Positions 19,345 through 28,440 of a stretch of DNA of 64,000 nt are shown piece after piece. A program made the translations under genes and the position numbers. Every line of letters begins with the position of its first letter. Within the stretch, counting starts at the first letter, position 1. This stretch comes from an uncultured bacterium (GTDB taxonomy: Bacteria > Cloacimonadota > Cloacimonadia > Cloacimonadales > TCS61). The notes below the pieces were generated by a model. That model saw only the letters and a program-made list of their open reading frames with translations, did not search any database and was not told the DNA's origin. Location of the stretch: contig CBDUTJ010000003.1 of assembly GCA_965370415.1 (NCBI GenBank), positions 22,165 to 86,164 of the forward strand, given 5' to 3'.

Positions 19345-20844
19345 ATGAAAAGAGTTAAAGCTTTAATTATCACCGGTTACGGCATAAACTGCGAAGAGGA
19401 AATAGCAGCTGCTTATAAATTAGCTGATGCTGAAGCAGAAATCGTTCATTTGAATGATATCTTCCTGGGAAAGTGTTCGATCCATGATTATGATGTTCTG
19501 AATTTTCCCGGTGGATTTTCTTTCGGTGATGATCTGGGTTCAGGCAAAGTTCTTTCCAACAAAATGAAATTCAAAAAATTGAAATCTGGAAAATTGTTCT
19601 TCGATGATATAAAAGATTTTCTAAATGAAGGAAAATTCATTCTAGGCGTCTGCAACGGTTTTCAATTTCTGGTAAAGATGGGACTTTTACCAAATGTGAA
19701 TTCCGACTTTGAGCAGGAAGTTACTCTTACCGGAAATAATTCGGGAAAGTTTGAGGACAGATGGGTTTATATTAAAGCAAATAAAAATAGCAAAACGCCT
19801 TTCTTGAAAGGGATAGAGAAGATTTACCTTCCTGTTCGACACGGTGAAGGGAAGTTGATAATTAAGAATGAAAAAATAAAAGCTGAAATAATTGAGAATA
19901 ATCTTAACTGTCTTACATATTGTGATGAAGATGGAAATGAAACTTCCGAGTATCCACAGAACCCGAATGGTTCTGATTTGAATTGTGCGGGACTTACGAA
20001 CGAATCCGGACAGATATTTGGAATGATGCCGCATCCCGAAGCTTTCCTTAGTTTGTATAACCACCCTAATTGGCCACAAATTAAAAGGCAGAATCCAGGT
20101 ATTTCGGAAGATGGGGAAGGGTTGAAAATATTTAAGAATATTGTGGAATATATCCTGAATGAAAAAAAAGAAAGAATCGAAAGATTTATTGGAATATTCA
20201 ATAAACATTTGGACTTCATTGAAAAGACAACTTTTCCACAATATAATCAACTTTACAAGAAAATGATTTGTGTTACTATTATTGATACTCTTGCAACAAC
20301 AATTTATCCAAAAAAAAGAGTTGGAGATCGATTTTGTGATTTATTATCAAATTTCACTGATTATGATTTTTGGAATAAAGTAAGTCCATTGATGTTATAC
20401 AAAATCCTAAAAAAAAACCATAATAATGAAATACTTTCTATATTTAATTCTTGGAATACATTTCCTGATGTACGAATTGGATTAATAGATGATCTCCCAA
20501 AAAGTACAATAAAATCTATTAAACCTAAAGATCTAGAGAAGTTCACACATAAAATGATATTTTACAAATATAGATGTAGTATGATTCACGAATTTCAGAG
20601 ACCAGATGGTGGAAGTAATTATGATACAATCAATGATAAATTGCCTTTATATCAAAAAATGCAGATTCACAAATCTAAGGATATAAGTATCAATCTTGTT
20701 TATCCTTTAGGTTTTTTTATTCAGTTATGTAAAAAACTTCTTGGTAATGTATACCAGCACTATATTGAAAATAATATAAATCCGTTTAGATTCTTTAAAT
20801 ATGATGATCTTGAAATTAAATTGAAATATAAGGAGGATAAATGA
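19345..20844 (+). CDS. purQ: FGAM synthase glutaminase subunit PurQ, in frame with a C-terminal ~225-aa HEPN-like domain
   Basis: GYGINCEEE, PGGFSFGDDL, GVCNGFQ, RHGEGK, YPQNPNGS, GMMPHPE up to ~20160; then an unrelated AT-rich domain with RCSMIH (Rx4H). Confidence 0.88.
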   Translation: MKRVKALIITGYGINCEEEIAAAYKLADAEAEIVHLNDIFLGKCSIHDYDVLNFPGGFSFGDDLGSGKVLSNKMKFKKLKSGKLFFDDIKDFLNEGKFILGVCNGFQFLVKMGLLPNVNSDFEQEVTLTGNNSGKFEDRWVYIKANKNSKTPFLKGIEKIYLPVRHGEGKLIIKNEKIKAEIIENNLNCLTYCDEDGNETSEYPQNPNGSDLNCAGLTNESGQIFGMMPHPEAFLSLYNHPNWPQIKRQNPGISEDGEGLKIFKNIVEYILNEKKERIERFIGIFNKHLDFIEKTTFPQYNQLYKKMICVTIIDTLATTIYPKKRVGDRFCDLLSNFTDYDFWNKVSPLMLYKILKKNHNNEILSIFNSWNTFPDVRIGLIDDLPKSTIKSIKPKDLEKFTHKMIFYKYRCSMIHEFQRPDGGSNYDTINDKLPLYQKMQIHKSKDISINLVYPLGFFIQLCKKLLGNVYQHYIENNINPFRFFKYDDLEIKLKYKEDK

Positions 20845-21104
20845 AAACGTTTTTGATTATATCAAATGTAGTTTTGTTAATTACATTTATTTGTACAAAT
20901 GTTTTTGGTGCAAGCTATTACTATGAAGATGTGGGCTATGCTTTTTACCTGATTTTCTTGATACTTTCGATATTGATAATATTATCAAATTTAATATATT
21001 TAATTCTTTCAAACAAAGATTTGGTTAAATTAAAAAAGGAAAGAAGAAAGCTTGAAGAAGAAATAAAAATAAAGAAACTAAAAGATGAATTAGGTAGAAA
21101 TTAA
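20841..21104 (+). CDS. small membrane protein (two hydrophobic segments plus basic coiled-coil tail)
   Basis: AGGAGG RBS, start coupled to the upstream stop; hydrophobicity pattern. Confidence 0.7.
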   Translation: MKTFLIISNVVLLITFICTNVFGASYYYEDVGYAFYLIFLILSILIILSNLIYLILSNKDLVKLKKERRKLEEEIKIKKLKDELGRN

Positions 21105-21120
21105 TAAATAAGGGAAAAGC

Positions 21121-22857
21121 ATGAATGTAGTGAATAAGATCAAATCATTGGAATGGCTCCGACAAGACATCATCGGACGAAATATATTATTTAAAACCCC
21201 ATTCGGTGAAAAACCGCTTGTTTATGCAGATTATACTGCCAGTGGAAGGTGTTTGTTTTCGATAGAGAATTATATGCTTCACCTGATGCAGTATTATGCA
21301 AATACGCACACTGAAGATGATTTTACCGGTAAAACTATGACTGAAATTCTTCATAAAGCAGAGAGAATCATAAAGAAAATCGTTAATGCAGGTGATACGG
21401 GAAAGATCATCTTCACAGAATCCGGGACAACAGGCGGAATAACTCGACTTCAGCAAATCCTGGGAGTGTACTGGCCTCCTGCTACTAAAAAACGTATTAA
21501 TACTTTTTTAGAAAGCTGTCTGGAAAGATATCCCAAAAATACAAAATGCAATCGGGAACTACGGGACTATATCATTAATAAAAAACCCATCGTTTTTGTT
21601 GGACCTTATGAGCATCATTCCAACGAAATAATGTGGCGACAAACGCTTTGCGAAGTTATCGAAATTCCTTTGAATAAAGAAGGAGAAATTGATCTTGTTG
21701 AATTGGATAAAATTGTATCCGACTCAAAGTATGATAACCGTTTAAAGATAGGTTCATTCTCTGCTGCATCGAATGTTTCTGGAATTAAAACTCCCGTTTA
21801 TAAAGTTGCCAAAATCCTGCATAAACACAATGCTATTGCCTGTTTTGATTTTGCTGCCTGTGCTCCTTATATCGAAATTAATATGAATAAAGACAAGGAA
21901 AGCTATTTTGATGCAATTTTTCTTTCACCACATAAATATCTCGGTGGTCCCGGGACTTCCGGAATTCTCATCATCAACGAAAATATCTACCCGAAAGACC
22001 TTCCACCATCCATCGCTGCTGGTGGAACAGTGGATTATGTTACAAAGAAAAGAGAACAATATATAAAAGATATCGAAACCCGCGAAAAACCCGGAACTCC
22101 GGGTATTCTGCAGAATATCAAAGTTTCTTTGGTCTTCCAGTTAAAGGAAAAGGTTAGGATAAGCAATATTGAAAAAATTGAGCATTATTTTCTAAAAAAA
22201 TTCTATGACAATTTCAAAAATGAAGACAGAATTACTTTCTATGGTCCTACTGAGATTCATAAGAAGATCAACATCATTCCGTTCAATATCAAACATAAAG
22301 ACAGGATTTTACACCCGAAATTTGTTACCAAACTTATGAACGATCTTTTTGGAATTCAAACCCGTGCCGGCTGCTCCTGTGCAGGTCCTTATGGTCATAC
22401 ACTTCTCGGCATCAGCGAAGAGATTTCCAAGTATTATCAATGTCTTATAGGTGTTGATAAATATTCTGGACTGAAACCCGGCTGGGTCAGGGTTAATCTG
22501 CATTATGCGATTTCGATTGAAGAATTTAATTATATTGTCGATGTGTTGAAGTTCATCATTAAAAATGGTCATCTCTTCCTTCCGTATTATGAACTTGATT
22601 TCCAGACTGGTAATTGGAATCATTTGGATGAGAAAGATTTCCAAACTCCGCTGGATCTGGATTTCGAAACATTACTGAATATGAAAAAATTTGAATTAGA
22701 AAAGAATGAAAATATTAAAGATATTTTTGAATCTAATCTTATACAGGCAGAAAAGATAGTTAAGAATTTCAAAGAACCTGTTAATTTTGAGGTATTTGTA
22801 ACCAGGTTAGAAGAACTGATGCTCTTCTATGTGATAAATTATAAGAACAAAATTTAA
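21121..22857 (+). CDS. class V PLP-dependent enzyme (cysteine desulfurase-like)
   Basis: YADYTASGR, YANTHTE, PYEHHSNE, SPHKYLGGPG (PLP lysine), RAGCSCAGPY, KPGWVRVN. Confidence 0.88.
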   Translation: MNVVNKIKSLEWLRQDIIGRNILFKTPFGEKPLVYADYTASGRCLFSIENYMLHLMQYYANTHTEDDFTGKTMTEILHKAERIIKKIVNAGDTGKIIFTESGTTGGITRLQQILGVYWPPATKKRINTFLESCLERYPKNTKCNRELRDYIINKKPIVFVGPYEHHSNEIMWRQTLCEVIEIPLNKEGEIDLVELDKIVSDSKYDNRLKIGSFSAASNVSGIKTPVYKVAKILHKHNAIACFDFAACAPYIEINMNKDKESYFDAIFLSPHKYLGGPGTSGILIINENIYPKDLPPSIAAGGTVDYVTKKREQYIKDIETREKPGTPGILQNIKVSLVFQLKEKVRISNIEKIEHYFLKKFYDNFKNEDRITFYGPTEIHKKINIIPFNIKHKDRILHPKFVTKLMNDLFGIQTRAGCSCAGPYGHTLLGISEEISKYYQCLIGVDKYSGLKPGWVRVNLHYAISIEEFNYIVDVLKFIIKNGHLFLPYYELDFQTGNWNHLDEKDFQTPLDLDFETLLNMKKFELEKNENIKDIFESNLIQAEKIVKNFKEPVNFEVFVTRLEELMLFYVINYKNKI

Positions 22858-22865
22858 GGATAATT

Positions 22866-24479
22866 ATGGAAAATATCAAAATTAACCGTGCTCTTATAAG
22901 CGTTTCTGATAAGACTGGAATTGCAGTATTGGCAAAAGTGCTAGAAGAATTTAAATGCGAGATAATTTCTACAGGTGGAACCAAAAAAGTGTTAGAAGAT
23001 GCGGGAATAAAAGTAACAGACATTCAAGAAGTTACAGGAAACCCTGAAGCATTCGGTGGCAGAATGAAGACAATATCTTTCAATATCGAATCTGCACTTC
23101 TATTCGATAGGGAAAGAGATAAACAGGAAGCTAAAAAACTAAATATAAAGTCGATTGATATGATTGTTTGCAACTTGTATCCTTTTGCAAAAGTTAAGGA
23201 ATCAGATGCTGATTTTAGCACTCTCATAGAAAATATAGATATTGGTGGTCCCACGATGATCCGTGCTGCTGCTAAGAACTTCAAATATGTTGCCACGATT
23301 ACGAATGCATCAGATTACGATGCAATAATTAAAGAATTGCAGGAAAATGATGGCAGGCTTTCTTATGAAACCAGGTTTATGCTGATGCGAAAAGCGTTCA
23401 ATCATACAGCAGATTACGATGCTTTGATCTCCACAACAATGGACGGGCAAGCTGGAGAACGCTCATTACGCTTGGCTTTTACGGCTGGCAAGAAATTGCG
23501 TTACGGAGAAAATTCTCATCAGAAAGGATTTTTCTACAAAGAAGTGGAAGCAGGTAATTCACTTTTCGATATGAAAGTTCTGCACGGGAAAGAGCTTTCC
23601 TACAATAATATCGGAGATATTCAGAGTGCGGTCGATTCTGTAAAAAACCTCAAGCGGTTTGGTTGTGCTGTTATCAAACACAATAATCCCTGCGGATTAG
23701 CAGAAGGAGATAACCAGCGCAAAGTATTTGAAGATGCCTGGGCAGGCGATCCGATCTCGGCTTTCGGTTCTATCATTGCTTTCAATAAACCGGTAGATTT
23801 GGAAACTGTTGAGTTCCTGAATCTTAATAATGAAAATAAAATGCTTCGTAAATTTGTAGAAGTTGTTATTGCACCAAAATATTCCAAAGAAGCACTGGAA
23901 TATCTACAGTTTCATAAAAATTTGAGAGTTATTGAATTTGATCCTCAAAATTCCAAACAAAAGTTTGAAGTTAAATACCTTTCAGGTTCTCTGCTGTTGC
24001 AGGATTGTGATAATAAACTTTATGAAAAGATAGAAAATGTAACAGAAAAGCAAATTGATATTGATTTAAAAAGGGGTTTGATAGAATTTGGTATCAAAGC
24101 GATGCGACAGGTGAAATCAAATTCGATTATTATTGTTAGAGAATTAGGTGATAAAACGTATCAACTGCTGGGGATGGGAGCAGGTCAACCGAATAGATTG
24201 GTTTCTACAAAACTTGCCATAGAAAAAGCCAAAGAAAATTTAGCTAATGAGTTTACTGGAAAGGATTTTCAGGATTATTATAAAACAGAATTAGGAAAAG
24301 TCATTCTAGTGTCAGATGCGTTCTTTCCCTTTGCAGATAATGTGGAACTGGCGGCAGAAGCAGGGATAAAAATCATTATACAACCTGGAGGTTCCATTAG
24401 AGATAAGAGAGTAATAAATAAATGCAATGAGTTAGGAATTGCAATGGTGTTCACGGGAATCAGGCATTTTAAACATTAA
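22866..24479 (+). CDS. purH: bifunctional AICAR transformylase / IMP cyclohydrolase
   Basis: RALISVSDKTG, ENIDIGGPTMIRAAAKN, LRYGENSHQ, KHNNPCG, SDAFFPF, QPGGSIRD, GIRHFKH. Confidence 0.97.
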   Translation: MENIKINRALISVSDKTGIAVLAKVLEEFKCEIISTGGTKKVLEDAGIKVTDIQEVTGNPEAFGGRMKTISFNIESALLFDRERDKQEAKKLNIKSIDMIVCNLYPFAKVKESDADFSTLIENIDIGGPTMIRAAAKNFKYVATITNASDYDAIIKELQENDGRLSYETRFMLMRKAFNHTADYDALISTTMDGQAGERSLRLAFTAGKKLRYGENSHQKGFFYKEVEAGNSLFDMKVLHGKELSYNNIGDIQSAVDSVKNLKRFGCAVIKHNNPCGLAEGDNQRKVFEDAWAGDPISAFGSIIAFNKPVDLETVEFLNLNNENKMLRKFVEVVIAPKYSKEALEYLQFHKNLRVIEFDPQNSKQKFEVKYLSGSLLLQDCDNKLYEKIENVTEKQIDIDLKRGLIEFGIKAMRQVKSNSIIIVRELGDKTYQLLGMGAGQPNRLVSTKLAIEKAKENLANEFTGKDFQDYYKTELGKVILVSDAFFPFADNVELAAEAGIKIIIQPGGSIRDKRVINKCNELGIAMVFTGIRHFKH

Positions 24480-24481
24480 CT

Positions 24482-24923
24482 AACCACGGAGCACACGGAG
24501 AACACGGAAAATGAATAAATTATTGTATGAAGAATTAACGGACAAGATAATTAAAGCTGCAATCGAGGTTCATAAGATTCTTGGACCTGGATTACTTGAA
24601 TCTGCTTATGAGGAATGTTTTGTTTATGAATTAATTAAAATGGGTTTATCAATTAAGCAGCAGTTAATGATTCCGATAGAGTATAAAAATATAAAACTTA
24701 AAACGAAATACAGATTAGATTTATTAATCGAGGATAAAGTAATTATTGAAATAAAATCTGTAGAAAAACTAACTCCCGTTCACGAAGCACAGATAATTAC
24801 ATACTTGAAGTTAACAGGTTATGAAGTTGGATTGTTGATTAATTTTAATGAAAAATTGCTAACGAATGGAATAATTAGAAGAATTGTATAATCACCTCCG
24901 TGCTCTCCGTGAGCTCTGTGGTA
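24482..24923 (+). mobile_element. inverted-repeat-bounded GxxExxY cassette (putative minimal mobile unit)
   Basis: Left arm aaccacggagcacacggagaacacgga (24482-24508) and right arm cctccgtgctctccgtgagctctgtggta (24895-24923) are imperfect inverted repeats tightly enclosing the ORF. Confidence 0.6.
24511..24891 (+). CDS. GxxExxY protein (PD-(D/E)xK nuclease-like)
   Basis: VHKILGPGLLESAYEEC, YRLDLLIEDKVIIEIKSV, HEAQIITYLK, GLLINF. Confidence 0.92.
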   Translation: MNKLLYEELTDKIIKAAIEVHKILGPGLLESAYEECFVYELIKMGLSIKQQLMIPIEYKNIKLKTKYRLDLLIEDKVIIEIKSVEKLTPVHEAQIITYLKLTGYEVGLLINFNEKLLTNGIIRRIV

Positions 24924-24939
24924 AAAAAAGGGAGAAGAT

Positions 24940-26325
24940 ATGAATTATTTAGATAAGATTTATACTCCGCAGATAAAGAAAATACACAGCGGAAAAGTAA
25001 GAGAAAGTTTCAGGATCGATGACAATACCAGAATGATCGTGGTTTCAGACAGGATTTCCAGTTTCGATAGTGTTCTAAATAATTTGATCCCGGATAAAGG
25101 AGCAGTATTAAACGGGATCACAAATTACTGGTTTGAAAAAACTCGCGATATTGTTGATAATCATTTTATCAAGATGATCGATCCTAATATAAGCCTGGTG
25201 AAGGAAGCCAAGCCGATTTGCGTGGAGATGATCGTACGAGGTTATTTAACCGGCTCGATATGGCGTGGATACCAGAAAGGAAAGCATGAATTTTCCGGGA
25301 TTGAAGTTCCAGATGGGCTTTCGCAAAATCAGAAATTTGATATACCTATTCTTACTCCCACAACCAAAGAAGAACACGATCGTGAAATTACTCCTGAAGA
25401 TATTGTAAAAGAAGGTTGGACTACAAAAGCAATATATCAAAAAATGGAAAAAATTTCTTTGAAACTTTTTGAGGGCGGGACAAAAGAACTTTCTGAAAAA
25501 GGGATCATTCTGGTAGATACAAAATATGAATTCGGAATTGTGAACGGTGAAGTAATTCTCATCGATGAAATACATACTCCCGATTCATCCAGATTCTGGG
25601 ATAAATCTGCTTATAATAAAGACCCTCTGAAAGTTGATTCGATGGATAAAGAGTTTATCCGCCAGTGGCTTCTTAATAATAAAGTAGACGGAATTATCCC
25701 GAATGTTCTTCCCGAAGATGTGATTGCCGAAGCTTCCAAACGATACATAAATATTTATGAAAAGATCGTTGGTAAAGAGTTTGAAGTTAATAGAGAAGAT
25801 ATTCGAGATAGAATCTATAATAACCTCTTGAAAGCTAACTTAATAAGAGACAGTTTTATTTCAATTATTATGGGTTCACCCAAAGATATTGAGCACTGTA
25901 AAAAAATTAAATCTCATCTTGATAAATATGATATTTTTATCGATATGAGAGTAATTTCTGCACATAAGAATGGAGAGCGAATTCCTGAAATTGCTGAAGT
26001 CTATAATAATTCCATTGAACCGGGATGTGTAATTGCGGTTGCTGGAAGATCGAATGGACTCGGTGGAGCACTTGCTGCAAATCTGGCTATTTCTGTTATT
26101 AACTGCCCTCCGTTCAAAGATAAAGTAGATATGATGGTAAATATAAATTCTTCTTTAATAATGCCATCAAAGACACCTGCTATGACTGTAATTGATGTTA
26201 GTTCTGCTGCTCTTGCATCTTTAAGATGTTTAAATTTAAAAAGACTGAAGGAAATTTTCAAAGATGATATTAGGAAAATAAAAGAAGATTTAAAATCAAC
26301 GGATGATGAGATAAGGAATAGTTAA
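24940..26325 (+). CDS. purC/purE: SAICAR synthetase fused to class II-like AIR carboxylase (PAICS-like PurC-PurE)
   Basis: SGKVRE, SDRISSFD, LVDTKYEFG, DEIHTPDSSRFW; from ~25855 IIMGSPKD, SAHK, AVAGRSNGLGG, VINCPP. Confidence 0.93.
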   Translation: MNYLDKIYTPQIKKIHSGKVRESFRIDDNTRMIVVSDRISSFDSVLNNLIPDKGAVLNGITNYWFEKTRDIVDNHFIKMIDPNISLVKEAKPICVEMIVRGYLTGSIWRGYQKGKHEFSGIEVPDGLSQNQKFDIPILTPTTKEEHDREITPEDIVKEGWTTKAIYQKMEKISLKLFEGGTKELSEKGIILVDTKYEFGIVNGEVILIDEIHTPDSSRFWDKSAYNKDPLKVDSMDKEFIRQWLLNNKVDGIIPNVLPEDVIAEASKRYINIYEKIVGKEFEVNREDIRDRIYNNLLKANLIRDSFISIIMGSPKDIEHCKKIKSHLDKYDIFIDMRVISAHKNGERIPEIAEVYNNSIEPGCVIAVAGRSNGLGGALAANLAISVINCPPFKDKVDMMVNINSSLIMPSKTPAMTVIDVSSAALASLRCLNLKRLKEIFKDDIRKIKEDLKSTDDEIRNS

Positions 26326-26476
26326 CTACAGAGCACACGGATGAAAAATATGCTCATTCAATCGTCTCGATTGAATGAAATGTTTGGGTTAGACCGTCCC
26401 GGTCTGATGATAGAACACCTCCGTGCTCTCCGCCTGCTAAGCCGAAGCTTTGCGAAGGCTGGTGAGCTCTGTGGTT
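26322..26476. repeat. empty repeat shell: left arm, two hairpins, right arm interrupted by a 30-bp element
   Basis: ttaactacagagcacacgg; tcattcaatcg-tct-cgattgaatga; agaccg-tcc-cggtct; cctccgtgctctccg[26433-26462]tgagctctgtggtt. Confidence 0.85.
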
Positions 26477-26489
26477 AAAAGGGAGAATT

Positions 26490-27740
26490 ATGAATATAGC
26501 AGTCATCGGTTCAGGTGGCAGGGAGCACGCAATTGCCTGGAAACTAAATCAAAGTAAATTAACAGAAAAAGTATTTGTAATTCCCGGAAATGGTGGAACT
26601 GAAAATAATGTTCCGATAGATGTAAATGATTTCGCTGAAATTAAAAACTTCTGCGAATCAAATGATGTAGAACTTGTTATTGTTGGCCCCGAAGTTCCTT
26701 TAGTAAATGGTATTGTGGATTATTTTACAAATACTCCCGTAAAGGTTTTTGGTCCTGAAAAAAAAACTGCTCAATTGGAAGGTTCCAAAGTTTTTGCGAA
26801 AAAGTTTATGAGGAAATATGGTGTGGCAACAGGTGATTTTGAAGAATTTAATAAGATAAATTCTGCTATGAAATTTATTAAAAAAATTAAAGGTAATTGT
26901 GTAATTAAATACGACGGACTCGCAGCAGGAAAGGGCGTTTACGTTTGCTCTACAATTAAAGAAGCAGAAGATGCATTAATTGAACTAAAAGAAAAATATG
27001 GAGAAGAAGTTAAATTTTTAATAGAAGAAAAGCTAGTTGGAAGTGAGCTTTCGATACTTGGTTTTACTGACGGTAAAACGATTAAACTATTCCAAACTTC
27101 TCAGGATCATAAACAACTACTGGATGGAGATAAAGGTCCTAATACAGGTGGTATGGGAGCGTTCTGTCCTGTTCCATTTTTCAATGAAGAATTAAATAAT
27201 AAGATCATAAAAGATGTTATCGAACCCACAATGAAAGGTATAAAAGCGGAGAGATTCAATTTTAAGGGAGTTGTTTATTTTGGTTTGATGATAACCGAAA
27301 AGGGTCCAGAAGTTCTGGAGTATAATGTTCGGCTTGGAGACCCGGAAACTGAGGTGGTGCTACCTGCTTTTAAAGGAGATCTTCTCAAACTTATCCTTTC
27401 TTGTTTTGATGGCTGCTTAAAAGATTTCCAGATGGAATTCTATGATGGATATTTTGTGGATGTAGTATTGACTTCCGGTGGTTATCCGAAAGCGTATAAA
27501 AAAGGTATTACTATTTGTGGATTAGAAGAAAAGAAAGAACTTGTTTTCCACGCTGGAATAAAAAAAGAAGGTGATAAATTTCTGACAAATGGCGGACGAG
27601 TTCTAAATATTGTCGCTCACGGTGAGACTTTGGAAGAAGCAATTGATAATGCTTATGATAAAGTAAAATTATTTTATTTTGATGATATGTATTTCAGGAA
27701 AGATATTGGAAGGAGAAAAAATATTTTAGAAACTTTGTGA
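26490..27740 (+). CDS. purD: phosphoribosylamine-glycine ligase
   Basis: GSGGREHA, VGPEVPL, LEGSK, DGLAAGKGV, QDHK, GPNTGGMGA, EYNVRLGDPE, TNGGRVL. Confidence 0.97.
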   Translation: MNIAVIGSGGREHAIAWKLNQSKLTEKVFVIPGNGGTENNVPIDVNDFAEIKNFCESNDVELVIVGPEVPLVNGIVDYFTNTPVKVFGPEKKTAQLEGSKVFAKKFMRKYGVATGDFEEFNKINSAMKFIKKIKGNCVIKYDGLAAGKGVYVCSTIKEAEDALIELKEKYGEEVKFLIEEKLVGSELSILGFTDGKTIKLFQTSQDHKQLLDGDKGPNTGGMGAFCPVPFFNEELNNKIIKDVIEPTMKGIKAERFNFKGVVYFGLMITEKGPEVLEYNVRLGDPETEVVLPAFKGDLLKLILSCFDGCLKDFQMEFYDGYFVDVVLTSGGYPKAYKKGITICGLEEKKELVFHAGIKKEGDKFLTNGGRVLNIVAHGETLEEAIDNAYDKVKLFYFDDMYFRKDIGRRKNILETL

Positions 27741-27760
27741 CTTAGTGCCTTTGTGGTTAA
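27733..27760 (-). repeat. 'ctttgtg...ctttgtggtt' repeat arm (related family)
   Basis: ctttgtgacttagtgcctttgtggttaa overlaps the purD stop; similar host repeat at 37147-37205. Confidence 0.65.
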
Positions 27761-27764
27761 GAAT

Positions 27765-28343
27765 ATGAAAAAGAAAAAAATAGCAATCCTTATTTCCGGT
27801 CGCGGCAGCAATATGAAAGCAATTATAGAAAATATGAAAGATGGGATTCTTAAAGATTTTTGCTATGTTATAGTTGTTTTTTCCAATAAAAAAGATGCTC
27901 CAGGACTCGAAATTGCAAAAAGCTTGGGGATCTCTACAAAAGTCATCGAATCCAAAGGAAAGAAGCGCTCGACATACAATAAATTACTGTTTGATTATCT
28001 TGATGAATTGAATCCCGATTATATTATTTTAGCAGGTTATATGAAGATAATCAGTCCCGATGTAGTTCAGAGATTTAGAAACAGAATTATCAATATCCAT
28101 CCTGCTGATACTGCTCTGCATCAAGGACTTCACGGGTATGAATGGGCATTTGAAAATAAAATGGAATCTACAAAGATAACAGTTCATTTCGTGAATGAGG
28201 GACTCGATACAGGAAGGGTAATTGCGAAAAGAGAAGTAGATATTTCTGATTGCACAACAATCGAAGAAATAGAGCAGAAAGGTTTGAAAGTAGAACATCA
28301 TTTTTACAGCGAGTGTTTAAAAAAAATATTTGAAAATAATTAG
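27765..28343 (+). CDS. purN: phosphoribosylglycinamide formyltransferase
   Basis: ISGRGSNMKAI, LAGYMKII, INIHPA, TVHFVNEGLDTG. Confidence 0.95.
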   Translation: MKKKKIAILISGRGSNMKAIIENMKDGILKDFCYVIVVFSNKKDAPGLEIAKSLGISTKVIESKGKKRSTYNKLLFDYLDELNPDYIILAGYMKIISPDVVQRFRNRIINIHPADTALHQGLHGYEWAFENKMESTKITVHFVNEGLDTGRVIAKREVDISDCTTIEEIEQKGLKVEHHFYSECLKKIFENN

Positions 28344-28427
28344 ACGCAGATAAACACTGATTTATTATGAAAAAATTAAGAAAGCAAAATCATAAAGAAT
28401 CATATTTGATCAGCGGAAATCAGCGTC
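28343..28427. repeat. empty inverted-repeat shell 'gacgcagat...atcagcgtc'
   Basis: gacgcagataaacactgat ... aaagaatcatatt ... atcagcggaaatcagcgtc; second copy at 37594-37716. Confidence 0.75.
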
Positions 28428-28440
28428 AGAAGAAGAATAA

